NCBI RefSeq assembly: GCF_016432865.1
Contig: NC_067403.1
Coordinates: forward strand, 252,340,001 to 252,404,000
Source of the DNA: Antechinus flavipes
Lineage: Eukaryota
Direction of reading: 5' to 3'
DNA: 64,000 nucleotides
The translations under genes and the position numbers were made by a program. Under the pieces are notes generated by a model. It was not told the DNA's origin. It saw only the letters and a list, made by a program, of their open reading frames with translations, and did no database searches. Position 1 is the stretch's first letter. The number at the start of each line of letters is the position of its first letter. Shown piece by piece: positions 59,080 through 64,000 of this stretch.

Positions 59080-59552
59080 AGAAATGAGCAGCAGGATGAT
59101 TTCAAAGAGGCCTGGAGAGACTTACATGAACTGTTGCTGAGTGAAATAGCAGAACCAGGAGATCACTGTACATGGCAACAGCAAGATTATACAATGATCA
59201 ATTCCTACAAATGTGGCTCTTTCCAACAATGAGATGATTCAGGCCAGTTCCAATGATCTTGTGATGAAGACAGCCATATACACCTAGAGAGAGGACTGTG
59301 GGAACTGAGTGTGGATCACCATATAGCATTTTTACTCTGTTGTTTGCTTGCATTTTCTTTCTCATTTTTTTTCCTTTTTGATTTTTCTTTTGCAGCAAGG
59401 TAATCATATAAATATATATGCACATATTGAATTTAACATATATGTTTAACATATTGGATTACTTGTCATCTAGGAGAGAGAGTGGGAAGAAGGGGAGGAA
59501 AATTGAAACACAAGGTTTTGCAAGGATTAATGTTGAAAAATTATCCATGCTT

Positions 59553-60326
59553 ATTATGCCCAAAAAGTTATCAAACTGTGCATACCCTTTGATCCAGCAG
59601 TGCTAGTAGTGGGCTTATATCCCAAAGAAATACTAAAAAAAGGAAAGGGACCTGTATGTGCCAAAATGTTTGTAGCAGCCCTGTTTGTAATGGCCAGAAA
59701 CTGGAAATTGAATGGATGCCCATCCATTGGAGAATGGCTGGGTAAATTGTGGTATATGAATGTTACGAAATATTATTGTTCTGTAAGGAATGACCAGCAG
59801 GATGAATACAGAGAGGCTTGGAGAGACTTACATGAACTGATGCTGAGCGAAATGAGCAGAACCAGGAGATCATTATACACTTCGACAACGATATTGTATG
59901 AGGACATATTTTGATGGAAGTGGATTTCTTTGACAAAGAGACCTAAATGAGTTTCAATTGATAAATGATGGACAGAAGCAGCTACACCCAAAGAAAGAAC
60001 ACTGGGAAATGAATGTGAACTATCTGCATTTTTGTTTTTCTTCCCGGGTTATTTTTACCTTCTGAATCCAATTCTCCCTGTGTAACAAGAGAACTGTTCA
60101 GTTCTGCAAACATATATTGTATCTAGGATATACTGCAACATATCTAACATATATAGGACTGCTTGCCATCTGGGGGAGGGAGGGGAGGGAGGGAGGGGAA
60201 AAATCGGAACAGAAGTGAGTGCAAGGGATAATGTTGTTAAAAAATTACCCTGGCATGGATTCTGTCAATATAAAGTTATTATTAAATAAAAGAAAATAAA
60301 ATATTAAAAAAAAGAAAAAAAAGAAT
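59553..60326 (+). mobile_element. Young 5'-truncated L1 with poly(A) tail and TSD
   Basis: ORF2 end little disrupted (GLYPKEILKKGKGPVCAKMFVAALF); TSD aattatc(c)atgctt at 59539-59552 and 60327-60339. Confidence 0.9.
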
Positions 60327-61589
60327 AATTATCATGCTTGTTTTGAAAATTAAAAAGTTTTAATAAAAAAAGAAATGCTTAAATTTAAAAAATTAATTGG
60401 AAAAACATTTAATGAAATAAATAAAAAAACAATTAAAAAAAAAAAAAAGAACAGCAGCTAGGTTGGAATGATTCAATTTGGCCAAGTAGTACCTTGTAAA
60501 TGAACTCTGATTCTGAACACACTATCCATTAAAACTATTTCTTCATCATGTGATTAGCAAAACAGAATCAATTTCAGAATGTCTATGCATGATCCAAATC
60601 AGGGAACAGACCTCTTCCATTCTACAACCCTCCAGGAAACTCTCACGTGGAGAACTGTTTGCTGCTCACCAGCCTTCCATCTCATTGCAGGTTCTTCCCA
60701 GACATCTTGTAGAATATTAAACAAAGCTGACCTAAAAGGAAAATAGAATAAAGAAAAGCAGTGAATCTACATACAGAGACCCTGGATTCTAATCCTGGTT
60801 CTGCTTCCCTTCCTCAGCTCACCTTCTTAACCCACACTTCTGCCACTGGATATTCCCAAGCACAGTTCTGCCCAAATCTTTCCCCCAGCGCTTCTAAGAT
60901 TAAATAAAAACTCCTCTCTTGGGCATCTGGCTATCTGGCTCCAACGGAACTTTCTAAAGCCATTTCACATTTCCTCCCCCTTACAGACTATATTCTAGCC
61001 AGACTGACCTACTCTTCACCACAAGTAAAACTGAGGTTTTAACAGACTCCAAGATAAAAGGCTTGGGGCTAAGTGTGTTCTTCGACACTCTTAGCCAAAT
61101 ACCTCTGAAAGGTCAAACAGCAGCAATTTTTGTCCTAGTGAAGAACAGGAAGCTATGGGATTTCCAGATGGGGCTTTGGATCCACATCAAGAAGGGAGTG
61201 GCTTAGCGAATTACAGGATATGAATGTACTGGTAGGATTGTTGTATTTTAACAAGTGAAGAAGGGTTAGATTCAGAGAAATCTGGAGAGATTTGAATGAA
61301 CTGATGCAGTGCGATGTCAGCAGAACCAGGTGGACCATGTATGTATAACTACAGCATTGTAAAGAAAACCAACAAACTCAAGAATTGAGTGCAATGATCA
61401 GAGAATGGGTGGGTAGCAATAATGATGCCGGGAAAAAAAGCAAAAAAAAAAAAAGAGAGAGAGAGAGAGATTGTTTTTAAAAGTACAGGAGAAACAAGAA
61501 AGCAGGACAGCTTCAAGATCAAAGTTTGAATTGTTATATAATATTGTAATTTTATATGTATATATACATATATATACACGTATACACAC

Positions 61590-62270
61590 ATGCAATACTG
61601 CTGCTCGTGCTAACTTTGGCCTAACAATTAACACCAAGAAAATGCAAGTTCTCCACCAGCCAGCACCATACATGGAACTGCTGATTACAGCAAAGGGAGA
61701 ACTTTTGAATCCCGTGGATAAGTTCCCTTTCCTCGGCAGGATGCTTTCCAGGGATGTCCACATTGACAGTGAGACTGGCACATGTTGCCAGAGATGGCTC
61801 AATGTCTGGCAAGATAAGGTCTCAGACACTGAGGTCCTTTCTCAACTGCTGATTATTCAAACTCTCCAGATTCTCCAACGGGCTGGCAGCTTCCCAGGCA
61901 CTGGCCTGAAAGACTATTAAAGGAGAACGCACATACAGTGCTCACATGGAGGGCAGGAGAACTGATACAAGGCCACTCTCAGGTCTCTCTGAAGAACTCT
62001 GGAATCCTTTGTGGAAGATGGAAGACTTATGTCACAGGACCATCCAGCATGAAGTGCCCAGAGTCAAAGGCGGCTTTGTGCTTTGGGAAGGAAGCAGAAT
62101 TGCTCAAAAGAGACGTGAGACGTACAAACTGAGAGTCATCTCCACTCCACACTTAGTATGGGTGCCCCCCTCCACAATCATATTGGTCTAATCTGCCAGA
62201 GTAGGCTACATGGCACCGTGACCCCAATATAGTACGTTATTTTGGTCCTCTTAGAACAAAGGATTATTCC
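61590..62270 (+). mobile_element. RTE-clade LINE fragment (RT C-terminal part)
   Basis: NFGLTINTKKMQVLHQPAP...VDKFPFLGRMLSRDVHIDSE and WQDKVSDTEVLS are characteristic of RTE ORF. Confidence 0.85.
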
Positions 62271-62849
62271 CAAGCAACCAAACAATCCACAAACTCTACT
62301 GCTTCTTCCTGGGTGTGCATGATTATAGAAATAGCCACATTTGTTATTTGTCAAGCTCAGAAGAACAAAAAATATTATTATTTTTTAAAAAATAAAAGCC
62401 ATCGCCACTGAAAGTGAAATTCCAGCAACAAGAAGGTATAAAAGCAAACCCAGGTCACCTGACTTGCAGCCTCCCTGCTCTTTTGACCATATTCATTTAT
62501 ACTCTGGTAGTCACTGCTGTAAAATTGCAATGATGGGACATGACCGGAAGAGAGGGAAGACGACACCAATTTCCCATTTCCGCAGAAGCGGGGGGAGTGG
62601 GGAGGGGGAAGGGAGGAGGGCACAGGTATGGGATAGTGCAGAATAAGCTCACTTTCTGGTGATGCTGATTAATTTTGATGACCTTTTAAAAATTCCTTCC
62701 TATAGTATAAGGAACAAGTCTCCCAGCGAGGGAAGAATGCAAAGAGAAGTGGGGGGAGGGGTCCGGCCTGGGATGAATAGAGAGGATGAAGCTTATTTTC
62801 CCGGTTTCTCCCTTCTCTTTCCCCACTAATTCGTTCCTCCTCCTCCACC

Positions 62850-63720
62850 ATACTCCACCTCCCGCCTCCGGGCCTTCGCCCGGACTTCACGCCTTGTCTG
62901 TAACGAGCTCCTCCCCTTCCACCTGCCTCTAGCTCCCATCAAAGCTCGACTCCAGACCCCAGGAGCTTTTCCTGCCCCCCACCCCCACCCCCACGCGCAG
63001 GATTTCTATTTAGGCAAACTTTGTTTCCCACTTCCGGTTAGAGTGTAAGCTCCCTGAAGGCCGGACTTCTCTCTTGCCTTTTTCCCTTGCGTCCTCAAAG
63101 CCCAGATAAATAAATGCTTTATGTAGCACCGTGCAAGGCACCCAGCAGGCACGCGAGTCCGTTGGCCGGTCCCGGTCCCGGTGCCCTTCCCCGTCCCTCC
63201 CCCAGACCCTCTGAAGCCTAGCACAATCCCCAAAGACGTCGCGATGGGATCTACGGATCTACGCAGGCGCAAGTGAGCGGCTCGGAGAGGAGCAGGCAGG
63301 CGCATGCTCCCGGAAAGTGCGGCTCGGGGTTTTGCCCGTCACCAATATGGCCGACTGGGTATCACGCCTTCCAGCCTTTCGTTGGCTGTCGCTGTTTTCA
63401 GACGTCACTGGGAGCGTCGGCAGCCGGAGAACCTAGGAGCTCCACGTGGGTCTTCTTCTGGTGGGCTCGGCTCCGCTCGGCGTGAGGGCATGGAGACGCC
63501 CCGGAGAAGCCGGCGCCTGGGGAAGCAGGAGGCCGAGAGCCCCGCGGTCCCCGCGAGCCCGGCGACCCCGTCCCGGAGGCCCCGCAAGGCCCGGCGCGGC
63601 CTCCTAGGGCCCAAGGCCGAGGCGGCGTTAGAGCCGGTACCGGAAGCGGCGGCGGGGGCGGGCGAAGCGGGCCCGGGATCCCCGCGGAATCACCCGGAGC
63701 CTGGCCTGGGATCCCCTAAG
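62850..63720. promoter_or_regulatory. CpG island and housekeeping promoter of CCDC86
   Basis: Dense CpG; ETS acttccgg 63030-63037, NRF1-like cgcaggcgca 63262-63271 and gcgcatgc 63300-63307, CCAAT 63342-63346, YY1-like aatatggcc 63344-63352, CRE-like agacgtca 63400-63407. Confidence 0.8.
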
Positions 63721-64000
63721 AATAGGGGCAAGGACTTGGGATCAGCCCAGAAACAGGATCTGGGTCCAAAGTCTCCCCAGAACCTAGGACCTAGTTTAGG
63801 GTCCCTCAAGAACTTTAAGGGACAGGATTTGGGGTCCCCCCAGAGAAAGGATCAGGGCCCCCAGAATCATCCAGAGCCTAGTCTGGGGTCCCCCAAAAGC
63901 CAGCAGAATCAGCAGGCCAAGGGCGCTGGCGGTAAAAGAGAGCCAGGCCTGAGACCCTCTCAAAGCCCCAAGAAGCCTTGTGTGGGGTCCCCCAAGAATC
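63490..64000 (+). CDS. CCDC86: CCDC86 (cyclon) first coding exon, partial, open to window end
   Basis: ggcATGG; METPRRSRRLGKQEAESP... resembles human MDTPLRRSRRLGGLRPESP; 170 codons with no stop, SP-rich; lies downstream of MS4A10 as in human. Confidence 0.88.
   Translation, partial: METPRRSRRLGKQEAESPAVPASPATPSRRPRKARRGLLGPKAEAALEPVPEAAAGAGEAGPGSPRNHPEPGLGSPKNRGKDLGSAQKQDLGPKSPQNLGPSLGSLKNFKGQDLGSPQRKDQGPQNHPEPSLGSPKSQQNQQAKGAGGKREPGLRPSQSPKKPCVGSPKN

Larger units (their letters stand above)
58600..60370 (+). mobile_element. Host L1 3' fragment, split by a solo LTR and a younger L1
   Basis: MFVAVLFVVARNWKLSGCPSAGEWLNKLWHMN; sequence resumes after 59079 and after 60326. Confidence 0.85.

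Overview
This is vertebrate nuclear DNA, almost certainly from a marsupial. The L1, Mar1/WSINE-type SINE, RTE and OC1-type MITE content points to a dasyurid such as the Tasmanian devil (inference). Three genes can be assembled by hand on the + strand in the order known from human 11q12. MS4A15 has six coding exons (6745-15051, about 242 aa). MS4A10 has six coding exons (25877-31812, about 237 aa). The first coding exon of CCDC86 starts at ATG 63490 in a CpG island, is open to the window end and is missed by the ORF track. The rest is intronic or intergenic: fragments of L1, L2, CR1/L3, RTE, MIR/Mar1, solo LTRs, several minisatellites and four N gaps. Nearly all long ORFs in the track are artefacts of stop-free minisatellites, low-complexity tracts or gaps. 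The most notable non-genic items are: (1) a 30-copy 35-37 bp intronic minisatellite in MS4A15 in which each unit carries a GGAAA-C-TTTCC palindrome resembling NFAT/TonE/kappaB sites, with a 220-bp higher-order repeat; (2) a mitochondrial insertion (16S 3' end plus tRNA-Leu(UUR)) showing CpG decay; (3) an intact hAT MITE with OC1-type TIRs; (4) a dispersed family of minisatellites built from the CR1/L3 3' tail; (5) a putative HNF4/GATA promoter and non-coding exon 1 for MS4A10; (6) a CTCF motif next to a NAGNAG acceptor; and (7) a nested L1/LTR/L1 insertion. No CRISPR array, prokaryotic system or functional RNA gene is supported. Family assignments come from recalled consensus sequences, not from searches.
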